This document shows, one piece after another, positions 49,534-63,920 of a DNA stretch of 64,000 bases. How positions within the stretch are numbered: the stretch's first letter is position 1; each line of letters begins with the position of its first letter. The stretch covers positions 104,708-168,707 of the forward strand of contig JAVKIP010000004.1 of assembly GCA_031459385.1 (NCBI GenBank), given 5' to 3'. The notes under the pieces are model-generated. The model was not told the origin of the DNA. It saw only the letters and a list, made by a program, of their open reading frames with translations, and did no database searches. The translations under genes and the position numbers were made by a program. This DNA comes from Candidatus Fervidifonticultor secundus. Its GTDB lineage: Bacteria; Sysuimicrobiota; Sysuimicrobiia; Sysuimicrobiales; Humicultoraceae.

Positions 49534-50166
49534 GTGAAGGTTATCGGCCTGACCGGGGGCATCGCCAGCGGCAAGACGCTGGTGGCCCGCATGCTGCGTG
49601 ACCTGGGCGCCCACGTGATCGACGCCGATGTCCTGGCGCGCGAGGTCGTGGTCCCCGGCGCGCCCGCCTACCGCGAGGTGGTCGAGGCATTCGGCCCGGC
49701 GGTCGTCCGCCCCGACGGCACGCTGGACCGCGCCGCCCTGGCTGCCATGGTCTTCAGCGACCCCGAGGCCCGCGCGCGGTTGAACCGGATCATCCATCCG
49801 CACGTGCGCCAGCGCATGGCCCAGGCGCTGGCCGACGCGGCGGCCGCCCACCCGCACGGGATTATTGTGCTGGTCATCCCGCTGCTGCTGGACACCGCGC
49901 CGGCCGACCTGTACCCTTTCGACGGCATCGTGGTCGTCTGGCTGGACCAGGCGGCACAGGAGGCGCGCCTGATGGCCCGCGACAGCCTGAGCCGCGAGGA
50001 GGCCCGGGCGCGGATCGCGGCCCAGCGGCCCCTGGCGGAGAAGCTGGCACAGGCGACCTGGGTGATCGACAACAGCGGCACGCCCCAGGAGACCCGCCGC
50101 CAGGTGGAAGCCCTCTGGCGCCAGTGGCGCAGCGGAGCCTCCGAGGCACCCGCGCGCCAGCCCTGA
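49534..50166 (+). CDS. coaE: Dephospho-CoA kinase
   Basis: 'IGLTGGIASGKT', 'DADVLAREVV', 'LNRIIHP', 'VIDNSG'. Confidence 0.95.
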   Translation: MKVIGLTGGIASGKTLVARMLRDLGAHVIDADVLAREVVVPGAPAYREVVEAFGPAVVRPDGTLDRAALAAMVFSDPEARARLNRIIHPHVRQRMAQALADAAAAHPHGIIVLVIPLLLDTAPADLYPFDGIVVVWLDQAAQEARLMARDSLSREEARARIAAQRPLAEKLAQATWVIDNSGTPQETRRQVEALWRQWRSGASEAPARQP

Positions 50167-50211
50167 GGGGACCGGTGGAGCGCCGTACCGGCCCGCTGAT
50201 ATACTGATAGT

Positions 50212-53200
50212 ATGCCCCCGTTTCAGATGGTCACCGACCTGCCGCCGCGCGGCGACCAGCCGCAGGCGATCGCCGGGCTGATCGAGAGCGTGCGCGCCGG
50301 TCACCGCTACACGACGCTGCTGGGGGTGACGGGATCCGGGAAGAGCGTCACCGCCGGCACGCCGGTCTTCTTGAAGCGCGGTAGCCGCCTCACCCTGGAG
50401 ACGATCGGAGAGGTCATCGACCGCGCCATGACGGCCCAGCCCGACGACGTGCGACGACAGGGGGACACCGAGATCCTCGCGCGGGTCGGGCCCGCGGATT
50501 ACCTCGAAGCGCTCAGCTTCGACCCCGGCACCGGGACCGTCTCGTGGAAGCCCGTCCGCCAGCTTGTCCGACACCGCTCACCCGACGTCCTGTACACCCT
50601 GTCAACGGGCTGCGGGCGGGAAGTGACCGTGACCGGCGATCACAACTTCTTCGTGCTGCGGCGCGGGCAGCTGCACCTGGTCCGGACCACGGATATCCGG
50701 CCCGGAGACTTCCTCCCGATGCCGCGAGCCCTACCGGAGCCGGGCGAGTCCCTGAGGCACCTTCCGCTGATCGAGGCGCTCGGCCATGATCCCCGCGTCG
50801 ACGCCACGGAGCCGCACTCCCACCAATGCCGGGAGCCGGCGGTGGTGGGCGGAGGTCCCACCGGCAGATCCAGCGCCCGTGGAGGCTCAAGCGGGCGGCG
50901 GTGGATGCCGCCTCCCCTTTCCCGTGGTGTCGTGGCCGCGACGGACGCACCCGCCGTGGGCGCGTGCGGCGGGACCCGGATACGGCGCTCCGGGATGCCC
51001 GCGTGGCTGCCGCTCGCGCCCGGGCTCCTGCGATTCATCGGTTACTACGTGGCTGCAGGGCAGGCACAGGACGCCTGCGTCACCATCTCATCGAGTGACA
51101 GGGAAGTCGTCGCAGATATCCTTGCTGTGGCGCGAGAACTCCCCGCGGGCGTCGATCATCCACCGGGGACGCGCGACGTGCAGATCCGTTCCAGCCTCTG
51201 GCGCGTGGTCTTCACGGCGTGGTGCGGATACGATGCGCGCTCCAAGCGACTTCCGCCGTTCTGGCCGCAGCTCTCCAACGAGCACCTGGCAGAGCTGCTG
51301 CGCGCGTACTTCAGCGCTGCCGGTGGTGTCGACGGCGATGAGGTCGCATGCACGACGGCAAGTCGCGAGCTTGCGTCGGATCTTTCCTATGCCCTCCTCC
51401 GCTTCGGCGTCGTGAGTCGGGTGCGGCCTCGTCCCCTGAAGCCTCCCCGCCGCGGGGAGGGGCGGACCGCCTGGCGCGTCGGCGTGTCGGGACAGCCGTT
51501 CCTCCGGCGGTTCCATGACGCCATCGGCTTCGCGGTCCCGGAGAAGCGCGCGCGGCTTCGGGACCTTCTCGGGCGAAGCGACCCTGCCACGGGCGACGTC
51601 CCGCCTGTGCGCGGTGGCATGGGGCGTCACCGGCGGGCGCGCTGCGGACGCTCCCAGCATGAGGCCTGCGTCGGCCTGCCCGATCTCTGCTGGACGCCCG
51701 TCCGGTCCGTCGCGACGGTGCCGGGCGAGGGCTTTGTCTACGACCTGGCCGTGCAGGACAACGAGACGTTCCTGGCGGGGTGGGGCGGCCTGTTTGTGCA
51801 CAACACCTACACGGTGGCGCGCGCCATCGAGCACCTCCAGCGCCCCACGCTGGTGCTGGCGCACAACAAGACCCTGGCGGCGCAGCTCTACAGCGAGTTC
51901 CGGCAGTTCTTCCCGCACAACGCCGTGCGGTACTTCGTCTCCTACTACGACTACTATCAGCCCGAGGCGTACGTGCCCCAGACCGACCTGTACATCGCGA
52001 AGGACGCGTCCATCAACGACGAGATCGACCGGCTGCGCCATGCGGCCACCAAGGCGCTCATGGAGCGGCGGGACGTGATCGTGGTGGCCTCGGTATCGTG
52101 CATCTACGGCCTGGGCCGGCCCGAGGACTACAAAGAAGTGATGCTGCTCATCCGCCGCGGCGAGCGCCGGACGCGCGAGGAGATCATGCGGCGTCTGGTG
52201 GACATTCAGTACGAGCGCAACGACGTCGACTTTGCCCGCGGCAAGTTTCGCGTGCGCGGCGACGTCATTGAGGTCCACCCCGCCTACGAGGATCGCGCCG
52301 TTCGCATCGACCTGTTCGGGGACGAGGTGGATCGCATCATCGAGCTGGACCCGTTGACAGGCGAGGTCCTCGAGGCCAAGGACGCCGTGGCCATCTGGCC
52401 GGCCAGGCACTGGGTGACCACCGAGGAGCGCCTAGAGCGCGCGCTGGCGTCCATCGAGGCGGAGTTGCAGGAGCGCCTGGCCTGGTTCCGCAGCCAGGGC
52501 CGCCTGCTGGAGGCACAGCGCCTGGAGTTTCGCACCCGCTACGACATGGAGCTGCTGCGGGAGACCGGCACGTGCCCCGGCATCGAGAACTACTCGCGGC
52601 ACCTGGACGGGCGGGCCCCTGGGGAGCGCCCGGGGTGCCTGCTGGACTACTTCCCCCGGGACTTCCTGCTGGTGGTGGACGAGAGCCACGTGACGATCCC
52701 GCAGGTGAAGGGGATGCTGGAAGGCGACCGGTCGCGCAAGCGCAACCTGGTGGAGTTCGGGTTCCGGCTGCCGTCGGCGTTCGACAACCGCCCGCTGTCG
52801 TGGGACGAGTTCGAGGCGCTGATCCCCCAGGCCATCTTCGTCTCGGCCACGCCGGGGCCGTTCGAGCTGGAAGTCAGCGCCCGGGTGGTCGAGCAGATCG
52901 TGCGGCCTACCGGGCTCGTCGACCCCCAGGTGGAGGTACGCCCGGCCCGGGGGCAGGTGGACGACCTGCTCGCCGAGGTCAAGGCACAGGTGGCGCGGGG
53001 GGAGCGCACGCTGATCACGACCCTCACCAAGCGCATGGCCGAGGACCTGACCGCGTACCTGCAGGAGCTGGGGTTCAAGGTCCACTACCTGCACTCGGAG
53101 ATCGACACCCTGCAGCGGGTGCAGATTCTTAAGGATCTGCGGCTGGGCACCTACGACGTGATCGTCGGCATCAACCTGCTGCGAGAGGGGTTGGACCTGC

Positions 53201-53817
53201 CCGAGGTCTCCCTGGTGGCCATTCTGGACGCGGACCGCGAGGGCTACCTGCGGTCAGAAACCGCCCTCATCCAGACCATGGGACGGGCGGCGCGCAACGT
53301 CTCCGGTCGGGTCATCCTCTATGCCGACGAGGCCACCGACTCGATGCGCCGTGCGATCGCCGAGACCAACCGCCGGCGCGAGATCCAGTTACAGTACAAC
53401 GCCACCCACGGCATCACCCCCGCCACGATCGTCAAGCCCATCCGCGACATGATCGACATCGAGCAGGTGGCGGAGGAGCTGGATACCTACCGGCCTTCCA
53501 CGGAGATCCTCACCGCCGAGGAGTTGATCCGCCTGGCCGAGACGCAGCGGGCCAAGGTCCCGTGGGATGTGGCGCGCCTGCTGATGCTGTCGCCGGCCGA
53601 ACTGGAGCAGACGATCGAGGCCCTGGAGCGGGCCATGCGTCACGCCGCCGCCGAACTGCAGTTCGAAAAGGCCGCCGTCCTGCGCGACCAGATCATGGAG
53701 CTGCGCAAGGGCCTGGGGGAGCCGTTTTTCGCCGCCGCCGGCGGGGGCCCCGACCCGGGCCGGCGAAGCCGCGGGCGCGCCCGCGGCTCCGCCGGCCGCC
53801 GCCGGCGCGGGCGGTAG
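50212..53817 (+). CDS. uvrB: Excinuclease ABC subunit B containing an intein
   Basis: 'GDQPQAI...GVTGSGK|intein|TYT', '[13 protein letters not shown]', 'DESH', C-terminal UVR domain. Confidence 0.97.
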   Translation: MPPFQMVTDLPPRGDQPQAIAGLIESVRAGHRYTTLLGVTGSGKSVTAGTPVFLKRGSRLTLETIGEVIDRAMTAQPDDVRRQGDTEILARVGPADYLEALSFDPGTGTVSWKPVRQLVRHRSPDVLYTLSTGCGREVTVTGDHNFFVLRRGQLHLVRTTDIRPGDFLPMPRALPEPGESLRHLPLIEALGHDPRVDATEPHSHQCREPAVVGGGPTGRSSARGGSSGRRWMPPPLSRGVVAATDAPAVGACGGTRIRRSGMPAWLPLAPGLLRFIGYYVAAGQAQDACVTISSSDREVVADILAVARELPAGVDHPPGTRDVQIRSSLWRVVFTAWCGYDARSKRLPPFWPQLSNEHLAELLRAYFSAAGGVDGDEVACTTASRELASDLSYALLRFGVVSRVRPRPLKPPRRGEGRTAWRVGVSGQPFLRRFHDAIGFAVPEKRARLRDLLGRSDPATGDVPPVRGGMGRHRRARCGRSQHEACVGLPDLCWTPVRSVATVPGEGFVYDLAVQDNETFLAGWGGLFVHNTYTVARAIEHLQRPTLVLAHNKTLAAQLYSEFRQFFPHNAVRYFVSYYDYYQPEAYVPQTDLYIAKDASINDEIDRLRHAATKALMERRDVIVVASVSCIYGLGRPEDYKEVMLLIRRGERRTREEIMRRLVDIQYERNDVDFARGKFRVRGDVIEVHPAYEDRAVRIDLFGDEVDRIIELDPLTGEVLEAKDAVAIWPARHWVTTEERLERALASIEAELQERLAWFRSQGRLLEAQRLEFRTRYDMELLRETGTCPGIENYSRHLDGRAPGERPGCLLDYFPRDFLLVVDESHVTIPQVKGMLEGDRSRKRNLVEFGFRLPSAFDNRPLSWDEFEALIPQAIFVSATPGPFELEVSARVVEQIVRPTGLVDPQVEVRPARGQVDDLLAEVKAQVARGERTLITTLTKRMAEDLTAYLQELGFKVHYLHSEIDTLQRVQILKDLRLGTYDVIVGINLLREGLDLPEVSLVAILDADREGYLRSETALIQTMGRAARNVSGRVILYADEATDSMRRAIAETNRRREIQLQYNATHGITPATIVKPIRDMIDIEQVAEELDTYRPSTEILTAEELIRLAETQRAKVPWDVARLLMLSPAELEQTIEALERAMRHAAAELQFEKAAVLRDQIMELRKGLGEPFFAAAGGGPDPGRRSRGRARGSAGRRRRGR
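50344..51804 (+). mobile_element. Intein (487 aa) with degenerate LAGLIDADG endonuclease, in the UvrB Walker A motif
   Basis: Starts Ser after GSGK; block B 'VTGDH'; block F 'VYDLAV'; ends 'FVHN' followed by Thr+1. Confidence 0.95.
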
Positions 53818-53831
53818 CAGCGGGGACGCCG

Positions 53832-56765
<2,934 letters not shown>

Positions 56766-58705
56766 ATGGCCGACAGCGACCTCCGCGCGACCCTGGCCCT
56801 GCTGCCCGCCCGGCCCGGCGTCTACCTCTTCCGGGACGCCGGCGGGCGCGTGCTCTACGTGGGCAAGGCGGCCTCCCTGCGCGCGCGGGTCCGGCAGTAC
56901 TTCCAGGCGCTCGAGGCGCAGCCCAACCCGCGCCTGCGGATGCTCGTCCCCCGCATCGCGCACGTAGACACCATCGTCACGGCCAACGAGGTCGAGGCCC
57001 TGATCCTCGAGACGAACCTCATCAAGCAGCACCAGCCGCCCTTCAACATCCGGATGGCCGACGACAAGGCCTATCCGTACGTGAAGGTGACGCACGAACC
57101 CTATCCCCGCATCGTCATGACCCGTAAGGTCGTGCGCGACGGGGGCCGGTACTTCGGGCCGTACCCCTATCACGAGCCAAAGCTCGTGGGTCGGACGATT
57201 CGTACCATCCGCAAGCTGTTCAAGCTGCGCACCTGCACCATCGCCATCACCGGCGACCTCCCGCGGCCGTGCCTGGACTACGATATGGGGTTGTGCTCGG
57301 CCCCGTGCGTGGCCTGGGGAGCCACGGCCGAGGCCTACCGCGAGCAGGTCCGCCAGGCCGTTCTCTTCCTCGAGGGGCGCCAGGCGCACCTCGTGGCGGA
57401 GTTGCGCGCGGAGATGCAGGCCGCGGCCGCGGCCATGGAGTTCGAGCGCGCGGCGCAGCTGCGCGATCAACTGCAGGCCGTCGAGGCGATCGCCGAGCGC
57501 CAGCGCATCGCCAGCGCGGAACTCGAAGACCGCGACATCGCGGCCGTCGCCCACTCGGGCGATCTCGCCTGCGTCGTGATCTTCACGATCCGCGCCGGGC
57601 GCATCCGCGACGAGCATCACCTGATGCTCACCGGAACCCGCGGGCTGCCGGCGGGCGAGATCCTGTCGCAGACCCTGGCCCGGCACTACGCCGACCTGCA
57701 CGATACCCCCCGCGAGGTCCTGGTGGACGTTGCGCTGTCCGATGCCGCGGTACTGGAGGCATGGCTGGCGCAGCGGCGGGGGGGGCGGGTGGACGTCGCG
57801 GTGCCCCAGCGCGGCGAGAAGCGCCGCCTGGTGGAGCTCGCGCGCGAGAACGCGGCCCTGTATCTGGCGCAGGCGCGCGCCCGCGAGGCCGGCCCGGCGG
57901 GCGTGGGCGTGGTCGACCTGCAGGAGGCGCTGGGGCTGGAAGGTCCGCCGTTCCGCATCGAAGCGTACGACGTGAGCCACTTCCAGGCCGGTGAGGCGGT
58001 GGGCTCGATGGTGGTCTTCGAGGCCGGCCGGCCGCGCAAGGCGGACTACCGGCTCTTCCGCCTGCGCGGTCCGCAGACCGACGACGACTACGCCATGCTG
58101 CAGGAGATGCTGCGCCGCCGGTTCGCGCGCGCGCGCCAGGAGCAGGAGGCGCTGGACCGCGACGAGCCGGTCCGGCCGCGGTGGTCGGTGCTGCCGGACC
58201 TGATCCTGATCGACGGCGGCCGGGGACAGCTGGCGGCCGCGCGCGAAGTGCTGTTCGCGTACAACGTGACGGCGCCGGCGGTGGGCCTGGCCAAAGGGGA
58301 GGAGGTCCTCTACCTGGCCGACCGCGCCGACCCCCTGCGGCTGCCGCGGGAGGCGGCGGCACTGCAGCTGGTCCAGCGAGTGCGCGACGAGGCCCATCGC
58401 TTCGCCAACACCGCGGGCCGCCGCCTGCGCGAGCGGCGGATCGTGTTCTCGGTGCTCGACGACATCCCCGGCATCGGGGAGCGCCGCAAGCGCGAGCTGA
58501 TCCGCCGCTTCGGCTCCGTGCGCGGCGTGCGCGCGGCCCCGGTAGCCGCCCTGGCAGAGGTGCTGGGACCCAGGCTCGCCGCCCGTGTTGCGGCCTACCT
58601 GGCCGAGCACCCCGACGCCCGCGGGGTGGCCGGCCAGGACGACGCCGGCCGTGAGCACCCCGCCTCGGCAGCGCCCCCGCTGCCCGCGCCGGGGCCGCAG
58701 CCCCG

Positions 58706-58709
<4 letters not shown>
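56766..58709 (+). CDS. uvrC: Excinuclease ABC subunit C
   Basis: GIY-YIG 'PGVYLF...LYVGKA', 'YDVSH', 'LIDGG', HhH 'IPGIG'. Confidence 0.96.
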
Positions 58710-59548
<839 letters not shown>

Positions 59549-59568
59549 TCGACTCAGCCTTGCCGCGA

Positions 59569-59643
59569 GCGGGAGTAGCTCAGAGGTAGAGCGTCTCCTT
59601 GCCAAGGAGAAGGCCGTGGGTTCAAGTCCCATCTCCCGCTCCA
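59569..59643 (+). tRNA. tRNA-Gly(GCC)
   Basis: GCGGGAG...CTCCCGC-TCCA; anticodon loop TT-GCC-AA. Confidence 0.96.
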
Positions 59644-59653
59644 ACGGGTACGA

Positions 59654-59728
59654 GGCGGCGTAGCCAAGAGGCAAGGCAGGGGTCTGCAAAACCCCCATAC
59701 GCCGGTTCGAATCCGGCCGCCGCCTCCA
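59654..59728 (+). tRNA. tRNA-Cys(GCA)
   Basis: GGCGGCG...CGCCGCC-TCCA; anticodon loop CT-GCA-AA. Confidence 0.96.
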
Positions 59729-59846
59729 GTGCCGACTCTTCGTTGCCGGTATGGGCATCGGCACCTGCCGCCCGGGCCGGACTGTATGCGCGCCGCGTGT
59801 CGCGGGAGGCCGGACGAGCGATCTCGCCGGTAGTATGACAACGCGA

Positions 59847-59933
59847 TGGTGGGCAGGGTGGGATTCGAACCCACAAGCCCGTGCGGACAGGGGCTTTTAA
59901 GGCCCCCGCGGTTGCCGGTTTCGCCACCTGCCC
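59847..59933 (-). tRNA. tRNA-Leu(TAA)
   Basis: GGGCAGG...CCTGCCC-ACCA; anticodon loop CT-TAA-AA; long variable arm; TACAAT upstream. Confidence 0.94.
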
Positions 59934-60048
59934 GACCCCATTGTACGCCAATCCGGACGCGGACGCACGGTTCGATGCCACCTGCGCCCGTCCGACGGCC
60001 GCTGGCGCCCAGCGGTGATCGTCATCCTGGGGGCGCCGCCAGCGCCGT

Positions 60049-61065
60049 TTACCATGGGCGGTCCAGCGCAGCGTCTTCTGCGGCTGCGGGCTCGCCGGGC
60101 TCCAGGCCGATCTCCCGGAAGACGACGCGGTTGCGTCCGGTTGCCTTGGCGTCTCGGAGTGCCATGTCGGCGGTCTCCAGCACGGTGGTGGCGCCCACGG
60201 GCCCGTGCTCAGCCGGATCGTAGGTGGCCACGCCCGCACTGATCGTGCACCGCACCCTGCCCTGGGGTGTCTCCACCGCCATCTCCGCGATCGCGCGCCG
60301 CACCCACTCGGCCAGTTCCACCGCGTCCTGTGCTTTCGCACCCGGCAGCACCCACACGAACTCTTCGCCGCCGTAGCGCGCCACCAGATCGGTCACGCGG
60401 CGACGCTGGGCCAGCAGCCGCCCCACCTGTCGTAGGACGTCGTCCCCCACCTGATGGCCGTGGACGTCGTTGATGTGCTTGAACCGGTCCAGGTCCAGCA
60501 TGATGACCGAGACGACCTGGCCCGAGCGCCGGGCCCGTTCCATCTCCAGGAAGATCTGGTCGTCGAACGTCCGGCGGTTGGGCAGGTCGGTGAGCGGGTC
60601 GCTGGTGGCCAGCCGCTCCAGGCGCGCGTTGGCCTGCTTGAGCTGGTCCTGCAGGTGCTTGACCCGCAGGGCCGCCCGCACCCGCGCGATCAACTCCGCG
60701 GTCTCGAACGGTTTGCCGACGTAGTCGTGGGCGCCCAGCTCCAGGCCGCGCACGCGGCTGGCCACTTCCGTGCGGGCAGTCATGAGCACCACGGGGATAT
60801 CGCGCGTCTGCGCGTCCGCCTTGAGCTGCTGACAGACCGTGAAGCCGTCGACGTCGGGCATCATGACGTCCAGGAGCACCAGGTCCGGCGCGTGCTCCCG
60901 GGCGTGGCCCACGACCCCGCTGCCGCCCGGCAGCACCGCGACCTCGCAGCCGAGGGCCTCCAGCCGCCGGCGCAGCAGGTCGAGGATGCCGGGCTCATCG
61001 TCGACGATGAGGAGCCGGGGCGGCCGGCCGCCCATGTCCAGCTTTGCCGAACCCGTCCCAGCCAC
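60049..61065 (-). CDS. Response regulator-diguanylate cyclase (REC-GGDEF)
   Basis: 'LLIVDDE', 'LLDVMMP', 'GGEEF' with RxxD I-site (RVTD); GAGGAGG RBS before GTG. Confidence 0.93.
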   Translation of the reverse strand: MAGTGSAKLDMGGRPPRLLIVDDEPGILDLLRRRLEALGCEVAVLPGGSGVVGHAREHAPDLVLLDVMMPDVDGFTVCQQLKADAQTRDIPVVLMTARTEVASRVRGLELGAHDYVGKPFETAELIARVRAALRVKHLQDQLKQANARLERLATSDPLTDLPNRRTFDDQIFLEMERARRSGQVVSVIMLDLDRFKHINDVHGHQVGDDVLRQVGRLLAQRRRVTDLVARYGGEEFVWVLPGAKAQDAVELAEWVRRAIAEMAVETPQGRVRCTISAGVATYDPAEHGPVGATTVLETADMALRDAKATGRNRVVFREIGLEPGEPAAAEDAALDRPW

Positions 61066-61268
61066 GGACCCTCCTCGTCGCCGGCCGGACGGGTCTCGCA
61101 CCGGCCGGGAAGAGCCGTTGCGCGCTTTCGCCGGTGCCGCGGCGCCCTCCTCCGCGCCTCGGGCAGCCAGGCGGAGGCGGCGGTGAGGTCTTCCACCCGG
61201 CGCAAGTGGGCATGTAAGGTGCCGGGAGATTTGCGGAACCGCTCGGGGACCGGAGGGGCCTGTGATTC

Positions 61269-63611
61269 ATGCTGCGCGCTGACTCCTCGTCGCCGCAACC
61301 GTCCGTCCTGCTGCTGGTCGCCGGCACGCTGTCGCTGGTTGTGGGCTGCCTGGCGCTGGTCTACCCGCATCTGTTCGCAGGTCCCCCGGTCCCTGTCGCG
61401 CTCCGGCAGCTGCACCTGGAACTGTCGCGCCTCACGGTCCTGTTCCTGGTGTCCGGGACCTGTGGGCTCCTGGCCTTCGCGGTGAAAGCGCGCCGGGACA
61501 GACGGCCGGCCCTGGGGCTGGCTGCGCTGGCCACCCTGCCGTTCGTGGCCACGCTGGTCCACGCCGCGCACATGCGGGTGTGGATGGGTGTGGCACTGGC
61601 GGGCGCGTTCGCGCTCGGCCTGCTCCTCGATACCGCCCGGCCCTGGCACGGGGTGGGGCGTGCCCCGCGGTGCTCCGCACTCGCGGGTGTGGGGCTCGCC
61701 ACCGCGCTCGCCTTCGCGGGCCTGGGCCTGATCGCCCCGGGCGCGTTCGGCTGGCCGGCGGGTGCCTGGCTGGCCGACGCGCTCCCCTACCTGATCGGCG
61801 GCATGGGCGCGGCGGCAGCGCTGCTGGCGGCGGGCGCCGTCCTCCCGCGCGCGCGCGCCCTGGCCCACGCAGGCGCGGCTCTGCCCTTCCTGGCGCTGGC
61901 AGTCGGCGCCGGCACGATCGGACGCTGGGTCGGCGTCGTGACCTACGGCATGCTCGGCGCCGGCCTGGCCCTGGAGCCGTGGCTGCTCGGCCTGCTGCAG
62001 CACCGCATCCAGCACCGGCAGGCGCAATCCCAGAGCGTCGCCGTGTTCGAGTTCGCCACCGAAGCGGTCGCCTGGGGGTTCACGTTGCTCGTGGCGCTCG
62101 TCGCCCTGCTGACCGACGACCCGGGCCGCCGCGTCTGGCTCGGCGCTGTCACGGTGGCCAGCAGCCTGTTCACGACCGCGTGGTATCACCTGGTGCCAGC
62201 CACGGGCGGCATCTGCCGCACCGTCTTCGCCGCGACGGTCTACAGCGCGCTGACGACCGCCTTCGTCTGGCTGACCGGCGGCGTGCACAGCCCGTATTTC
62301 TTCCTCGTCTTCCTCCCGACCCTCACCCTGGCCTGGACGCACGCGCCGCGCACGATCATCGTGCCGGCGGTCCTGCCGGTGGCCGGCATGCTGGCGGAGG
62401 CGGTCCTGGCCGTACGCAGCGGTGTGCCCGCGCCGGGCACGGTGGTGGCCGTCGGCGTGCCCCGCCTCGTGGGGCTGCTGCTGGTCTCGGGTCTGGCGTA
62501 CGTCCTGGCCATGCGCAACTTGCAGGGCCGCCGGAAGGTGGAGGAGTCGCACCGGCAGCTCCAGACCGTGCTCACCCACATGGCTGAAGGCCTGGTGTGC
62601 ACGGATTCCGCCGGGCGCATCCAGCTCTGCAATCCGGTGGCCGCGGCCCTGGTGGGACGGACGCCCGAGGACGTGCACGGCGCCCCCATGACGGTGGCCA
62701 TGCCCTTCCGGCAGCTCGACGGCGCGCCGCTGGCGCCTGCGGCCCACCCGCTCCGGCGAGCGCTGGGCGGCCAGCCCGTGCCGTGGCTGCGCGTGCAGCT
62801 TGCGGCGACCCCGGCCCTGCCCGTGGCCGTCACGGCGACGCCGCTGCGCGACGACGGCCACCTCCGGGGCGCAGTGGTGCTCCTGCGCGACGCACGCGCC
62901 GAGGTGGAGATGGAGCGCGTGCGCGAGGACTTCTTTTTCATCGCGTCGCACGAGCTGCGCACCCCGCTCACGGTCATGAAGGGGAACCTCGAGATGGCGC
63001 TCGAAGCCGATCCGCCGGAGGCGGTGCGCGCCGCGCTGGAGGACGCCCTGGCGTCCACGACCCGGTTGATCCGCATGGTCAACGACTTCCTGGACGCCGC
63101 GCGCCTGGAGCACGGGGCGCTCACCGTGCGCGTGGAGGACGGCGATCTGTGCCTGTTGGTCCAGCAGGCCATCGACACGCTGCGGCCCGACGCCGAGCGG
63201 AAAGGGCTGATGCTGACCTACGTGGCCCCGGCGGCCCTGCCGCCGGTCCGCATGGACGCCGAGCGCACGCTGCAGATCCTGGTGAACCTGATCGGGAACG
63301 GCATCCGTCACACGACCCGGGGCGGCGTGGAGATCACCCACGCTGTCGAGGACCACGTGGTGGAGACGTGCGTGCGCGACACCGGCGCGGGGATCGCTCC
63401 GGAGCAGCACGAGCGTCTGTTCACGCGATTCGGACAACTCGAGCGCGGGCTCACCCGCACGACCGGCGGCAGCGGGTTGGGCCTGTACATCTCGCGCAAG
63501 CTGGCCGAACAGATGGGCGGTACGGTCGTGCTCAAGGCGAGCACCGTGGGCCGGGGCAGCACGTTCGCGTTGCGCCTGCCCGCGGCCGCCGTGCCGGCGG
63601 CGAGCCGCTAG
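61269..63611 (+). CDS. Multi-TM PAS sensor histidine kinase
   Basis: Many TM segments, PAS domain, 'ASHELRTPL', 'NLIGNG', 'DTGAGI', 'GSGLGL'. Confidence 0.92.
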   Translation: MLRADSSSPQPSVLLLVAGTLSLVVGCLALVYPHLFAGPPVPVALRQLHLELSRLTVLFLVSGTCGLLAFAVKARRDRRPALGLAALATLPFVATLVHAAHMRVWMGVALAGAFALGLLLDTARPWHGVGRAPRCSALAGVGLATALAFAGLGLIAPGAFGWPAGAWLADALPYLIGGMGAAAALLAAGAVLPRARALAHAGAALPFLALAVGAGTIGRWVGVVTYGMLGAGLALEPWLLGLLQHRIQHRQAQSQSVAVFEFATEAVAWGFTLLVALVALLTDDPGRRVWLGAVTVASSLFTTAWYHLVPATGGICRTVFAATVYSALTTAFVWLTGGVHSPYFFLVFLPTLTLAWTHAPRTIIVPAVLPVAGMLAEAVLAVRSGVPAPGTVVAVGVPRLVGLLLVSGLAYVLAMRNLQGRRKVEESHRQLQTVLTHMAEGLVCTDSAGRIQLCNPVAAALVGRTPEDVHGAPMTVAMPFRQLDGAPLAPAAHPLRRALGGQPVPWLRVQLAATPALPVAVTATPLRDDGHLRGAVVLLRDARAEVEMERVREDFFFIASHELRTPLTVMKGNLEMALEADPPEAVRAALEDALASTTRLIRMVNDFLDAARLEHGALTVRVEDGDLCLLVQQAIDTLRPDAERKGLMLTYVAPAALPPVRMDAERTLQILVNLIGNGIRHTTRGGVEITHAVEDHVVETCVRDTGAGIAPEQHERLFTRFGQLERGLTRTTGGSGLGLYISRKLAEQMGGTVVLKASTVGRGSTFALRLPAAAVPAASR

Positions 63612-63627
63612 GGGGCGCAGGGGGCCG

Positions 63628-63696
63628 TCAGCCGGCGGGCCGGACGAAGAGAAAGTAGACGATCAGCCCGAAGAGCAGCCAGAAGATGATGTCCAT
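63628..63696 (-). CDS. Candidate 22-aa single-TM small protein
   Basis: ATG...TGA encoding MDIIFWLLFGLIVYFLFVRPAG, with almost all third positions G/C. Confidence 0.5.
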   Translation of the reverse strand: MDIIFWLLFGLIVYFLFVRPAG

Positions 63697-63737
63697 GCCC
63701 GCGTGATTCGACGGCGCGCAGGGCCGTCCTGCGCGCG

Positions 63738-63765
63738 TTGACGGTCATCCCCCCTCTGCTATAAT
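63738..63765 (+). promoter_or_regulatory. Promoter for tRNA-Thr/tuf
   Basis: TTGACG-N16-TATAAT with extended TG. Confidence 0.75.
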
Positions 63766-63779
63766 GCTGCGGGGAACGA

Positions 63780-63855
63780 GCCCACGTAGCTCAGGTGGCA
63801 GAGCGTGTCCTTGGTAAGGACAAGGTCACCGGTTCGAGTCCGGTCGTGGGCTCCA
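63780..63855 (+). tRNA. tRNA-Thr(GGT)
   Basis: GCCCACG...CGTGGGC-TCCA; anticodon loop TT-GGT-AA. Confidence 0.96.
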
Positions 63856-63920
63856 GCACGCAGGGCCGCCGTGGGCGGCTTTCTTCCTTGAGAGGAACGT
63901 CCTGAGAGGAGCCGGACGCG

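Noticed and set aside
50166..50212. LexA/SOS box upstream of uvrB
   Set aside because: No recognisable LexA palindrome (GAAC-N4-GTTC or CTGT-N8-ACAG) is present.
61170..61245. Hairpin cccggcgc/gtgccggg with TGGGCA loop and downstream AACCG, resembling a c-di-GMP-II riboswitch
   Set aside because: It lacks the GGGCAC/AGTGCAACC pseudoknot and the correctly placed kink-turn and P1; it would need a significant Infernal hit.
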